A stretch of 64,000 bases of DNA from Adineta vaga (taxonomy: Eukaryota > Animalia > Rotifera), in NCBI GenBank assembly GCA_021613535.1, contig CP075494.1, positions 4,278,001 through 4,342,000 on the forward strand, in the 5' to 3' direction. Below, piece by piece: positions 24,486 to 37,650 of the stretch. The number at the start of each line of letters is the position of its first letter. The first letter of the stretch is position 1. Under the pieces are notes generated by a model. It was not told the origin of the DNA, did no database searches, and worked only from the letters and a program-made list of their open reading frames with translations. Made by a program: the position numbers and the translations under genes.

Positions 24486-26845
24486 ATGGCTACTGAAAAC
24501 AATTTGAACGTATGTATAGTCTGATATTCTTCATTGTGATTAGTGAGCAAAATGTCATTTAGTTAAAACAATTATCAAATGAAAGAAAAGCATCTGTTCG
24601 TATTCGACGAGTAGGTCGATCATCGATCCAACCGAAAAAGAATACACGTCGAAGATCACATATTTCTAAGCAATCAAAAGATTCATCAGTTCAAATACAG
24701 AAAATTATTCAAGTATCAAACTATAATCAAGATGTAAAAGGTCAACAAACCAAAAGACTCCGTCCATCAATCCCTTTAGATACAATCAATCAATCATTTC
24801 TAACTCGTGAAAAATCGATATGGCCATTTCAACATTGGAAAAAAAGAACTTTTCCTTTGACCGATCGTTCATTAAATTCTCGAGAAAAAATCATTACACC
24901 ATTAAAAATTCAATATCGAACTAATTCGAATATTTCAGTTGAAGTAAACAAACATGATCGTTCAGCCTCGATTGGTCAAGTACATGAAGTACACAAACAA
25001 ATGCGAAGGTAATTAGTCTTCGAATTATATAAGTAGACTTTCGTATTTGGATTTCTTTTAGACGACATAATGCTTTTTCTAAAACGCCACGTTGCTGTTG
25101 TCTAGGTGTATTGACTATTTTAACAGCTATAGTTCTTCTTACAATGGGAGCTATACTAGCTGTATTTTGTATGTAATTAAATTTGTATTGTTACATTCTT
25201 TATTCTTTTATCTATTCGTTCTTTAATTGTTTGCTAGTAACACAACCAAAGATACAAACAACAACAACAACAACAACAACAGGTAAGTTATTTTAAAAGA
25301 ATAAAAAATGAACACTCTAAGGTTTCTGTTATTAAACATTTGAAGGAACGACAACAACTGCAAGTAAATATACCATATACATTCATTTTTACCAATGTAG
25401 CTGAATATCTTCATTCATTTAAAAGCAACATCAACGTCCACGTCTTCAACATCAAGTACATCATCCACTTGTAAGACTCGCATGAAATACATAATAATTC
25501 TAAGAAAACCATCTATTCTTTCTATCTTATTTAAGCAACAACATCAACAACAAGCACTACTTCAGTCACTACAACAACATCGACAACTTCTACAACATCG
25601 CAAACTACCTCGACAAGTACTTCAACAAGCACCAGTTCAACTTCTTCTACAACAAGCACATCTTCAACGACAACTACTACTGCTACAACATCAACGACCT
25701 CTGAGACTACTACAACAACGACAACATCGGTTACCACATCAACTTCTTCAACAAGCAGTACATCATCGACTTCATCAACTTCGGCTACTACGACAACAAG
25801 TATAAAAATAAATCCGTATATTTATTCGAAAATATTCTTTCCTATTCTCTTCTTTCTCCTAGCAACAACAACGACAACAGCATTTGATTCTTGTCAGTTA
25901 TTTTTTTCTTCTATTTAGAGGTGTTCTATTTGTCTGTATGTTACGGTTCTTTTAGGTGCTCATCTTCGTTGGAATCAAACAGGTAAAATCGTTGCTGGAG
26001 GTTCATCAGGTAGTGGTGCCGACCGATTGAATAAACCGAGTTGTTTATATATTGATGCGAATGATACACTCTATATTTGTGATTTTGATAAACATCGTAT
26101 CCAAAAATGGGTAAAGAATGCAACAAGTGGTGTCACTCTAGCAGGTAGTAGTAGTGGAAACTCTGGTGACTCTTCGATTTTATTAGAAAAACCAACAGAT
26201 GTCGTTTTTGATATCTACGGTTATATGTATGTTGTTGATAGTGAAAACCATCGTGTTCAACGTTTCCTTCCTAATTCTTCTATTGGTACAACAGTTGCAG
26301 GCACGAAGACTGCATCCAATGCATTAAAAAATCTTGATAAACCTTCTTCTATTGTTATTGATGATAATTCGAATCTTTATGTTCTTGATAAAGGTAACAA
26401 GCGAGTTATATTATGGACTCCAAATGCAGCAAGTGGTATCGTTGTAATCAGTAGCTCGCTTTTGGAAGAAGCAGAAGCGATGATCTTTGCACCTGCTTCG
26501 ACAGATGCAGTCTTTATAAGTGAGGTGAAATATCACAAAATATATCGATGGCAATTGAATGGTACAGGTCCGATATTAACTCTTTCACAAGTGAATAGTA
26601 GCCCTAATTCTTTGAATAAACCAAGAGGAATGGTTTTTGATCCATACGGCAATTTATATGTTACTGATTCTGAAAATAATCGCATTGTTATGTATTGCGT
26701 TAATTCAACTGTAGGAATTGTTGTCGCTGAAGAAACTGGTAGTACAGACCTTGATAAACGGGTGGATATCGTTTTTGATTCTGATCTCAATATGTATGTC
26801 GCAGCTCTTGATGACGATCAAGTAATTAAATTTCCACGTCGTTAA
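24486..26845 (+). CDS. Type II membrane NHL-repeat protein with Ser/Thr stalk (copy 1, multi-exon)
   Basis: ATG at 24486, basic cytoplasmic exon, Cys-rich/TM exon near 25060-25170, Thr micro-exons, final exon LRWNQTG..AGG with NHL repeats (MYVVDSENHRVQRF, GNLYVTDSENNRI). Confidence 0.85.
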
Positions 26846-27029
26846 ATTACAAAGACGAAAGCATTTTTTCTATAAAATAGATGTGTGGTACTTTCCTTAT
26901 ATTATTCAATCGAAATAAAACAGAAAAGTTTTTTTTTTTAGTCTACAGTTGTCACATTCTTCTAATTCAATGACAGTACTAAATTGATCATCCATCAGCT
27001 TTGTTCGATTGTGTATCTATCAGTGTTAC

Positions 27030-27605
27030 AACAGAAAAAAATACCCTTCTTTACCTGCCACGCTAGAATATACGTGTGTGATCGACGATCGTTTCAATCC
27101 GAAACATTGACACATGCAGGCACTTTTCTTCTATCGATATGACGATGACTGAAAGAAAACTATCTCTTTTGATCTTATTGTTATTTATTAATCTAACGAT
27201 TGGAAATGGTATACAATCAGTTTCTAATGACTTCAATTGTTAGGTGAAAATTTCACTTAATTCACATAAACACTGTTTTCATCCGGATCTTGGTGATGAA
27301 ATCGCTCGGGTTGGTTTTGGTTGTCCAGTATTGGATGCCATTCTACCCTTAATGGAATTACAAGCACGTTGGTGTGCTTTATTATGTTCAAAAAAATTAA
27401 GTTTACCAACAAAAAATCAAACGAATGAAAACTGATTATTTGATCTATTCAGATGATTTAGCAAGAACAATTGGATGTCGACCGAATTTCACACGAATAT
27501 TTTTTACTCAACCAAAATTATGGATGAAATTAATGTGTGAACCTTTATTAAACGCATTCGAATTGAATCATATAAAACTACTACATGGTATCCTTTGTCA
27601 AATAG
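27030..27605 (+). pseudogene. Chimeric relic at the duplication junction: ART/Kelch intergenic pieces and Kelch exon 1 start fused to the FMO 3' end, with several deletions
   Basis: 27030-27243 matches pieces of 32970-33627; 27244-27600 matches FMO 23179-23740 with two internal deletions. Confidence 0.92.
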
Positions 27606-27938
27606 AAAATAAATCCGAATATTCTTCATACTGTTTTCATTAAAATTCGGAAAGAAATTATTATGAATTCGTATAATGTTTACTTTTTGTTCTGATTTAG
27701 GGTTGTGAGTTTTGTTGATAAACATTGAAAATATCAAATTCAGAAGAGAAAGAAAAATCTAATGATTTTTTTGTCCGAATTTGATTATGAATTATGATTA
27801 TTAAAGGTTTCATTGATTTTCTTTATTGATATTTTTTTCTGTAACTATTTCGCAATTTTAAAAATTCTGAAAATCGAATCTGTCTTCCACTCTTCGCTTG
27901 TTCTACAGCATTGATCAAAAAGTGTTTTTTAATTACGA

Positions 27939-30554
27939 ATGGCCTCTGAAAACAAATCGAACGTATGTATCATTTGATATTTTTCATTGTGATTAGTGAG
28001 CAAAATGTCATTTAGTTAAAACAATTATCAAATGAAAGAAAAGCATCTGTTCATATTCGGCGAGTAAGTCGATCATCGATCCAATCGAAGAAAAGTACAC
28101 GTCGAAAATCACATATTTCTAAGCAATCCAAAGATTCATCAGTTCAAGTGCAAAAAGTTATTCGAGTATCAAAAAATTATAAGGATGTAAAACGTCAACA
28201 AGCGAAAATATTGCGCCATTCAGTTCCTGTACATACAATCGATGCATCAAAATTTCCGACAAAGCATGATGACAAATCGATATGGCCATTTCAATATTGG
28301 AGAAAACGAATTTTTTCTTTAACTGATCGTTCATCAAATTCTCGACGAAATATCATCACACCATCGACAATTAAATTTCGAACTAAGTCGAATACTTCAA
28401 TCAAAGTAAATAAACATTCTATTCGTCAACTTTGATTTTATTGAAAAGATTCTCTTTATAGGCAAAAGATGATCTTTCAGCATGCATTGATGAAAGTATC
28501 ATCAAACCTTATGCTAGTGACCGTCGTTTAGTTACTGTCTACATGATTGAAGGAGAAAATGAAAACGACGAAGAAGAAGAAGAACGAAAAAGAAGGTGCT
28601 GAATCTTCAAACTGTCTATAAATAGAATTTCGTATTTGAATTTCCTTTAGACGACGTGGCGCTTTTTTTATTACACCATGTTGCTGTTGTCTATGCGCAT
28701 GTGCTATTTTAACTGCTATACTTCTTCTTGCAATTGCAGCCATACTTGCTTTCTTATGTATGTGAATAATTGCTTTTCACATCTGTGTTATCGCATTTTT
28801 TGGTTCTTTCTTAGTAACACAACCAAAGATACAAACAACGACGACAACACGTAAGTACTTTGAAAAAAAAGAAGAAATGAAACTTTGAAGGTTTTTCCAT
28901 TATTAATAATGTAAAGAAACGACAACAACAACAACAACTGCAAGTAAATATACCATATACATTCATTTTTACCAATGTAGCTGAATATCTTCATTCATTT
29001 AAAAGCAACATCAACGTCCACGTCTTCAACATCAAGTACATCATCCACTTGTAAGACTCGCATGAAATACATAATAATTCTAAGAAAACCATCTATTCTT
29101 TCTATCTTATTTAAGCAACAACATCAACAACAAGCACTACTTCAGTCACTACAACAACATCGACAACTTCTACAACATCGCAAACTACCTCGACAAGTAC
29201 TTCAACAAGCACCAGTTCAACTTCTTCTACAACAAGCACTACCTCCACAACAAGTACAACATCAACAACGACAACTGCTACTACGTCAACAACCTCTGAA
29301 ACTACAACAACATCGGTTACCACGTCAACTTCGTCTACAAGCAGTACATCAACTTCGTCTACAAGTAGTACATCAACAAGCACATCTTCTACGACGTCAA
29401 CGACCTCTGAGACAACATCAACAACAACTACATCAGCTACCACATCAACTTCGTCTACAAGCAGTACATCATCGACTTCATCAACTTCGGCTACTACGAC
29501 AACAAGTATAAAAATAAATCCGTATATTTATTCGAAAATATTCTTTTCTATTTTCTTCTTTCTCCTAGCAACAACAACGACAACAGCATATGATTCTTGT
29601 CAGTTATTTTCTGTAGCTAAAAGAATTTTATTTACCAATATCTTTTGTTCTTTAGGTACTAATCTTCGTTGGAATCAAACAGGTACGGTCGTTGCTGGAG
29701 GTACACAAGGTACTGCTGCCAATCGATTGGACACACCAAGTTGTTTATATATTGATGCAAATGATACACTCTACATTTGCGATAGTGCAAATAATCGTAT
29801 TCAAAAATGGACAGAAAATGCGTCAAGTGGTGTCACTCTAGCAGGTAGTAGTAGTGGAACTGCTGGTACATCTTCCACTTTATTGCACAATCCAGTTGAT
29901 GTTGTTTTTGACATTCATGGTTATATGTATGTTGTTGATAATGAAAACCATCGTGTTCAACGTTTCCTTCCTAATTCTACTACTGGTACAACAGTTGCAG
30001 GAACAATGACTAAATCCGGTGCATTAACAGATCTTGATCATCCTTCTGCTGTGGTTGTTGATGATAATTTAAATGTTTATGTTCTTGATAAACATAATGA
30101 TCGAGTTATAATGTGGGCTCCAAATGCAACACAAGGTTTTGTTGTTATAAGTAGTCCTCTTTTAAACGATGCAGAAGATATGATATTTGTACCTGGCTCG
30201 ACAAATGAAGTCTTTATAAGTAGCACGAAACAAAACGATATATATCGATGGAAATTCAATGCTTCTAGTGCGACAGCAACTCTTTCACAAGTCAATAGCA
30301 GTACTAATTCCCTTAGTAAACAAACAGGAATGGTTGTTGATCCATATGGTAATTTATATGTAGCTGATACTACAAATAAGCGCATCGTTATGTATTGCGC
30401 TAATTCAACTGTAGGAATTGTGGTTGCTGGAGCTGGAGTTACTGGTAGTACACCATCGCTGGATACCCCACTGGGTATTGCTTTTGATTCTGATCTCAAT
30501 ATGTATGTAGTTGTTGATACCGACGATCAAGTAATTAAATTTCCACGTCGATAA
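27939..30554 (+). CDS. Type II membrane NHL-repeat protein with Ser/Thr stalk (copy 2)
   Basis: Same overall architecture as 24486-26845, longer stalk, identical C-terminus QVIKFPRR. Confidence 0.85.
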
Positions 30555-30639
30555 ATTACAAAGACAAACATTTTTTCTATTAAATAGATGTGTGATTTTT
30601 TTATTATCATTTAATCGAAATAAAACAGAAAAATATTTT

Positions 30640-30965
30640 TTATTAGACTGGTTGTCACATTCTTCCAATTCAAGGAAAATAATAAATTGATCATCCATAG
30701 GATATGAAGGTTTGATTTTATCGACATTAATTACTTTATATACAATAAACGGCATAATTAGCACATTCAGCTTCATTCGTATACTGAGAATGATAATAGA
30801 GTAAGGTAATCATAGATTATGTACAGCTTCGTATAAGTTTCTGATGATGGTACTTCATTAGGGAGAAGTCGTTCAGGATGATCTTCTCGAGAATGTGATG
30901 TATCAGTCACATGTTTACGACGATCAAATAAGTATTGTTTTATAGAAATTAACAGTATTTGATGA
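30640..30965 (-). pseudogene. Internally deleted ankyrin-ART paralog
   Basis: IKQYLFDRR..DHPE..EVP (like the N-terminus of 31519-32916) is joined almost directly to SQYTNEAE / frameshift / VLIMPF..IKP..LELEECD (like the ART C-terminus). Confidence 0.7.
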
Positions 30966-31518
30966 CAATGAAAATATAAATGAATAGCAATGTCTACCTA
31001 TACGCGCATCATAATTCATAAGGGATGAGAAATGAAAATATAGCAAAGATTCTTTTACCTTCGAAGAGTGATGTTATAGCATGATGGTTAACTTATACAA
31101 AGCATAGGTGACGGGACGATTTTAATTTAGGGAAGGTTCAAAATTATTACACAATGGTGCTAAATGAAGTCTCGTAAATAAAATTTCAGAAAAAAATTCG
31201 ACTTAATCACAATCTCTCGACAGATATTGCGATTCTAAGAAACTGCAAGAGTCAGATCGCTTATTTGATCTTCACATAAGCTGAAAACCATGGTAGTCAT
31301 CAGGACAACCGTAGGTTTCTTCAAGAACTTTTTCTGCAGAAAGAAGAGTATTTCTTGGATGTAGATATAGTTTTCTCAGATATACTGAGCTTCTCCAAGC
31401 CTAATGGCTCCACTGCCTATGGAATGCATCTATTCGATTCGCCATATTTATAAATATTAAGATTATTTTTCAAAGAAAAGTATCGTTGAAATCTTATACA
31501 GAAAAAAGAATATCACAA

Positions 31519-32916
31519 TTATAATCGTTCGATCGTTGTCGATAGACATGATGCTATGCTTGGTCTTTCTGTATTGAAATATTGATGGCATTCTTCTAAC
31601 TCCATTTCCACTATTGTACGAGCGAATCTTTCATATCGAAATGTAATAAACTCTGTGCGTTTGATTTGAAAAACAGTATATGGCATAATTAAAACTTCAC
31701 CTTCACTTGTATATTGTGATGTATTCTCAATATGTAATGCTGTACGACGATGTTTTATATGATAGATACACATCAACCAGATTTTAATCTGTGTTCCATC
31801 GCTTCGAGTACGTACATGTTGTTGTGATGATTCTTTCTCACATAAAAATAATTCTGCAATTTTTCGATCAATCGATGATGAGAGAAATGATTTTGTCATA
31901 AGAAATGAATTTTCTTCATATTTATCTAGATCATTTTGATTGATTTGTAGAACACGATACGAACAGCCAATAAATATCATTGGATCTAATTTTGGATGGT
32001 GAGAAAGCAATGCAATGATATATCTTCGTTCATTTTGATTCATAGTTGCACCACAAGCAATTTCTTTATTTAAAATTTTATAGAAATCTGTTTCAGCTGT
32101 GTAAGCTTTGATAATCCAAATTGGATCTTGCTCTTCCATTGCTTTGCGACAGAAACGTTTGACTATATCAATTCCTTCAATATAATTTAATCGATTATCA
32201 ATGTAGTTTTTAAAAATTTTTTCAAACATTTTTTGAATTCCAATTGCTCCGCACGCGTTTTCATATGTTGATCTAATTATTTGTCGATCTTCTGCGGCAT
32301 TTATAATAGCATCATTATCAATCGATTCCCATTCAATTTCACCTGTACTGGATACGAATCGATTGGCACTTTGTATCCGAAAGAAAAGTCTTCTTATTCG
32401 ATCATTTTTCGCTTCGTCATAAGGTAAACATTGAAATTTATTTAAGATCGATCGATCAGCACCGGCTTTTAATAACAAATCAGCAATTTCGTCATGACCA
32501 TGATAACATGCGGAATGTAATGCAGTACTTCCATTTGGTTCCAATCGATCGATTTCCTCAGGAGTCATCGTTTTAAGTAGTTCTCGAACTTTGTGTATTC
32601 GATTAGTTCGACATGCTAAATAAAATTCACTACATTGATTTTCTCTTGTTGTTGTTGTTGTTCTATTTTGATTGCTATTCGATGTTGTCAATATAATACT
32701 GAGAAGAGATGATCCATCAATATCTGTAACTTGTACACCATCATTTGTATCTGTTGATAATGCAGAATTTTCAGATAACGATGTAGTTTTTCGTAATGTT
32801 GAAAAGCCATCGACCGGAACTTCTTCAGGATGGTTCGGTTGAGAACGACCTGCAGAATTCTGCGGTGCACGACGATTATATACATATTTTTTCAAGCCTT
32901 CCAGTACTTGTCCCAT
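31519..32916 (-). CDS. Ankyrin-repeat plus ADP-ribosyltransferase (R-S-E type) protein
   Basis: NGSTALHSACYHGH ankyrin; AYTAETDFYKILN, SYRV, FLSSS and EGEVLIMP catalytic motifs. Confidence 0.88.
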   Translation of the reverse strand: MGQVLEGLKKYVYNRRAPQNSAGRSQPNHPEEVPVDGFSTLRKTTSLSENSALSTDTNDGVQVTDIDGSSLLSIILTTSNSNQNRTTTTTRENQCSEFYLACRTNRIHKVRELLKTMTPEEIDRLEPNGSTALHSACYHGHDEIADLLLKAGADRSILNKFQCLPYDEAKNDRIRRLFFRIQSANRFVSSTGEIEWESIDNDAIINAAEDRQIIRSTYENACGAIGIQKMFEKIFKNYIDNRLNYIEGIDIVKRFCRKAMEEQDPIWIIKAYTAETDFYKILNKEIACGATMNQNERRYIIALLSHHPKLDPMIFIGCSYRVLQINQNDLDKYEENSFLMTKSFLSSSIDRKIAELFLCEKESSQQHVRTRSDGTQIKIWLMCIYHIKHRRTALHIENTSQYTSEGEVLIMPYTVFQIKRTEFITFRYERFARTIVEMELEECHQYFNTERPSIASCLSTTIERL

Positions 32917-33528
32917 CTTACTTATGAAACGGAAGAAGCTATGTATCGTTACAAGTTGTATTCGAATAGAACAGAAAAAAATACCCTTATTTACCTGCCA
33001 CGTTAGAATATGCGTGTATCACATGACGTAAGCAGCGATGTAAACAACAAGAAAAATACAATATAATGTAAAAATATAGACAGAAAAACAAATGTCTACA
33101 TTGCTACTGAATATCATTTTATGTTAACAAATAAGTTTAATCTATATAATTAGACGATCGTTTCAATCAGAAACATTGACACATCGAGAAATATCTGATA
33201 AACAGACATGTCACATGCAAGCACTTTTCTTTTCGGTGAAAGAGTACATCTATTCCATTGAAATATCAAATGTCTTCTTTGTAATTCATTGCATTTTATA
33301 ATGATATATGAATATTGCTCATTTCCTTGATAACAGGAAGATCTCTTTCGTCAATCTAATTGAGAATACCTGTTTTAAAAGAGAGGCAGAATATGTTTTT
33401 AATCAAATAAATGAAACGGAAAGATGAAGATATACTGTCTGACAAGAGAAAAAATGAATTATGACTTTTTTCTCTTTAATATTAGATGCACTTTCAATAT
33501 CAGTTCCATTTCTTCTATCAATACGACG

Positions 33529-35123
33529 ATGACTGAAAGAAAACTATCTCTCTTGATCGTATTGTTATTTATCAATCTAACGATTGGAAATGGTATGCAA
33601 TCACTTTTAATGACTTTAATTGTGGGGCAAAAATTTCAATGTGCTCAAACAACTTGCTTTCCATTCTTAAGCCTGACTACAGCAAACATTCGTAATTGTC
33701 AAATAAAATGTTTAGTTTATACTCAATGTAAAGCAGTTACATTTCATGAATCAACTTTGAATTGTGAGTTATTTATTAACATATCTGATCAAATTGGAAA
33801 TATGTTATCGGATACTGATGTTATTACTACGATTACGATTGATGAAACACGATATCTAGATGGTTAGTATCGACAGGAATGAGGAATTTGATTCGTTATA
33901 TAAGTGTAGAGTGTACATTCAAAAGTAGATTGATGAGAGATAATTTTAAGAAAATGATTTTATTTTCCAGTTTTGAGTATAATTTACATTTTCAAATATA
34001 GAGTCAAATAAACAACATTTGAGAAAGATAGCTGATTCATTTGAAGATCTAAGGATCGTGAAAGGAAAAAAATAGCCATCCTATTTTCATAAATGATGTG
34101 AAATTGTTCTAAGATCTATTCCTATTTTTAGTATGGACCGTTACAGGAAACATGAATACTCTACGATCGTATCATGCAGCATGCACATTAGGAAATGGAA
34201 AAGTGTTAGTGACTGGTGGAACTGATGGTAGTACGACTTGGAATAGTGCTGAGTTGTATGATTCAACAACGGGCACTTGGACAATAATAGGAAATATGAA
34301 TACTGCTCGACAAAAGCATGTAGCAACTCTTTTATCGAATGAAACACTGTTAGTTACAGGTGGAAGTAATCTCGGCACTTATTTAAATAGTGCTGAATTG
34401 TATGACTCATCCACAGGCATTTGGACATTGACAGGGAATATGAATGTCGCCCGGCAGTATCATACAGCTACTTCATTCGGAAATGGTAATGTCTTAGTCG
34501 CAGGCGGATCTAACGGCAGTGCTGGTTTATTCAGTACTGAATTGTACAACATATCAACAGCTATTTGGACAACAACAGGAAGTATGATTAATGCACGTTA
34601 TTATCATGCTGCGTCGATAATCGGAAATGAAAGTGTTTTAATTGCTGGTGGTTTAAAACCAGGTTTTATTCTCAATGGTGCTGAGATATATAATTCATCA
34701 ACAGGCATTTGGACACCAACAGGAAACATGATTTTTGCACGTTTTTATCATACCATATCGCTATTAACAAATGGAAAATTATTAGTGACCGGTGGAAGTA
34801 ATGGTAGTATGACTTTGAATAGTGCTGAGCTGTATGATCCAGCATCAAGTACTTGGACAGCAACAGGAAATATGAATAGTGTTCGACAAAAACATGCAGC
34901 TATTGTACTGACAAATGGACAAGTATTAGTTACTGGTGGATCCGATGGTAGTAATATTCTCAAAACCGCTGAATTATACGATCCATCAACAGGTATTTGG
35001 TCAATAACTGGGAATATGAGTATCACACGAAACCTACATACCATATCTAAACTTGGAAATGGAAAAGTGTTAGTTGCTGGTGGGGTTAATCCTACTTATC
35101 TAAACAGTGCTGAGTTTTATTAA
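33529..35123 (+). CDS. Secreted PAN/apple plus Kelch-repeat protein
   Basis: Exon 33529-33862 (signal peptide, CQIKCL..CKAVTF..CELF) spliced to 34132-35123 with about 7 Kelch repeats (GNMN.AR..H.A..L.NG.VLVTGG..SAELYD). Confidence 0.88.
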
Positions 35124-35311
35124 TTAGAACAAACAGAAAAATACTTTTAATCGTTCACTAAATAATAAAATTTGATGTTGTATAATCATCTCTTTTTCTC
35201 ATATTCTATATTCTTCTTTAAAAACAATTGTATTTTTATTTCATGAGTCTAAAATAAATTGATTATTGATTTATACATAATTGTATAAAAAATATCAGTA
35301 GAAAAACATCG

Positions 35312-36526
35312 CTATGCATCAAGATATTGATCACATTCTTCCAATTCGATTTCTGTCATTGTTTGACCTTTCGGAATATATTCTGGTTTAATTTGAGCTA
35401 TTCTTCTCACTCGAAAGACACTATAGGGCATAATTAATACTTCTCCTTCATTTGCATATTGTGATGAATTTTCAATATGTAATGCTGTACGATGATGTTT
35501 AATATAATAGATACACATAATCCATGTTTTCGTAAGTGATCCATCTTGTTTTACACGTTTCGGTACTATGATTTCTTTTTGTGATGATTCTTTTTGACAT
35601 AAAAATAATTCCGCAATTTTTCGATCAATTGATGACGAGAGAAATGATTTTGTTATCAGAGAACAGTTAACTTTATACTTTTCAAGATCATAAAAGTTCA
35701 TTTGTATAACACGATAGGAACAACCAGTAAATGCTAATGCATCAAGTTTTGGATGATATGAAAGTAATGCAATAATGTATCTTCGTTCGTTTTGAAATTT
35801 AGTAGCACCACATGCAATTTCGGTGTTTAAAATTTTATAGAAATCTGTCTCAGCTGTATAAGCTTTGATAATCCAAATTGGATTTTGATCTTGGGTTGCC
35901 TTTTGAAAAAATCGTTTGATTTTATCTATTCCATCGAAATTAGCTAAACCATTATTAATATAATTATTCTCAATTTTTTGAAACATTTTCTCAATAGAAG
36001 TTGTTCCCGTAGAGTTCCGATAAATTGATTGAATTAATTGTCGATCTTGTGCAGAATTTTCAACAGCATCATTATCAACAGATTCCCATTCAATGACGCC
36101 AGTATTTGAAGCCAATCGATTAGCATTGGGTACACGATAGAAAAGTTCTTTAATTCTTCCATCTTTTGCTTCATCAAATGGTAAACAATTAAACGTATTA
36201 TTAATAGCTCTATCAGCTCCTGCTTTTAATAATAAATCAACAATTTCACGATGACCATAATAACATGCTACATGTAAAGCAGTACTTCCATTTGGTTCTA
36301 TCCGATCAATTTCATCAAGTGACATGTCTTCTAATAATTGTCTAGCTCTATTAACATTATTATTTCGACAAGCTAAATAGAATTCACTGCATGGCTTTGA
36401 TTCTGTCGTTGATTTCGAATCAGTTAAGGGAGTTTCATTCAAAGAAGCAAAATCTACACTAGGAGAATACACAGTATCACGACGTGTGTTTGCATGCTGT
36501 TGTAATGAATCGAAAAAGTTCCCCAT
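35312..36526 (-). CDS. Ankyrin-repeat plus ADP-ribosyltransferase protein (paralog)
   Basis: Collinear with 31519-32916; likely start MGNFFDS at 36526; YRV / FLSSS / EGEVL. Confidence 0.88.
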   Translation of the reverse strand: MGNFFDSLQQHANTRRDTVYSPSVDFASLNETPLTDSKSTTESKPCSEFYLACRNNNVNRARQLLEDMSLDEIDRIEPNGSTALHVACYYGHREIVDLLLKAGADRAINNTFNCLPFDEAKDGRIKELFYRVPNANRLASNTGVIEWESVDNDAVENSAQDRQLIQSIYRNSTGTTSIEKMFQKIENNYINNGLANFDGIDKIKRFFQKATQDQNPIWIIKAYTAETDFYKILNTEIACGATKFQNERRYIIALLSYHPKLDALAFTGCSYRVIQMNFYDLEKYKVNCSLITKSFLSSSIDRKIAELFLCQKESSQKEIIVPKRVKQDGSLTKTWIMCIYYIKHHRTALHIENSSQYANEGEVLIMPYSVFRVRRIAQIKPEYIPKGQTMTEIELEECDQYLDA

Positions 36527-37070
36527 ATGCAGCGCACTATTTTGAAAACGAAAGAAAAATGAATTCAAAATAAAAGATTCGTAAAAGTATAAAAACAACT
36601 AATGTTTTGATTGGAATTTTTCAAAGAAAAAATGACTTGTTCTGTTCCTTCAATTCATGTGCCTCTTTTACGTTAAAAAATTTAGAAAAAAATAGTATGT
36701 CTTTGAATTTGTTTAAATACGTGCAACTCAAAATACAAAAAATGATTCAAAAAATGAATAAATATTCAAATTTTTTTTCTCGATTTTGATGATTGCTCGT
36801 CATCTGCCGATGGAAAGATTGTTAAATCCTGAAGTGGATAAGTTTAGACGAACTAGTATGCATAATTTACAAGATAAAAATATTATTTTGTTATCATTTA
36901 ATCATTGATAATGTATGTAGATAGGATCGATTGGATCAAACTGACTGAGAATTTACAATATTGTTATTGTACGTCACAACCTGAGAAAAGATATTGATAA
37001 TACTGTTATGTACCAAAATGAGTTTTCGATTTCTTACGACACGTTTCATTCTCATATTAATAAATATAGT

Positions 37071-37075
<5 letters not shown>

Positions 37076-37110
<35 letters not shown>
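37076..37110. repeat. (AG)n microsatellite
   Basis: About 17 perfect AG units. Confidence 0.95.
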
Positions 37111-37115
<5 letters not shown>

Positions 37116-37650
37116 TGTTGCTATTTGTACTATGATCTAAATGATGTTTTTATTTCAATGTATATGAGCATGAAATAGTGAGAAGATTTCATCTATCATC
37201 TTGCGGTTAAACAATACAAAGCATAAAGATAGGATATGTTCATATGTATTCTCATTCCCTACTGATATTTCACATTCATTCAAACAAAATAAATTCTGAT
37301 TACTGGGTATTTTCCAACAAATAAACTTTTTCTATTACATGTATTATGTAAAGAAATTACGTCCTTGTTCGTTTCTTATGACAGTTAAAATGTACTTATT
37401 ATCAAGCGTTTTCATTTCTCGTTATGAATAAAAAATTGTTATTTAAAAAGAAAAAGTTGAATAAAAACTTTTCTTCCTTGTTTACATATAATAGAATTAG
37501 TCATAATCTTAGACACGCATGATTTTTCTTCATTTATGGCCATGTTGGATTTTACCTATATGAGCAGTTCTATTTATATTTATTTGACAATTCATTCTAA
37601 GCAGTAATGTATATAGTTGCGTAAAGAAATCCGTGTATTAGAATATTAAC

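Noticed and set aside
25482-29511. Gln/Leu-rich and Val-rich ORFs
   Set aside because: Wrong-frame and antisense readings of the Thr/Ser stalk exons of the NHL genes
34141-35044. Antisense ORFs and repeat-spacer-like periodicity
   Set aside because: Kelch coding repeats; no CRISPR array or cas genes in this eukaryotic DNA
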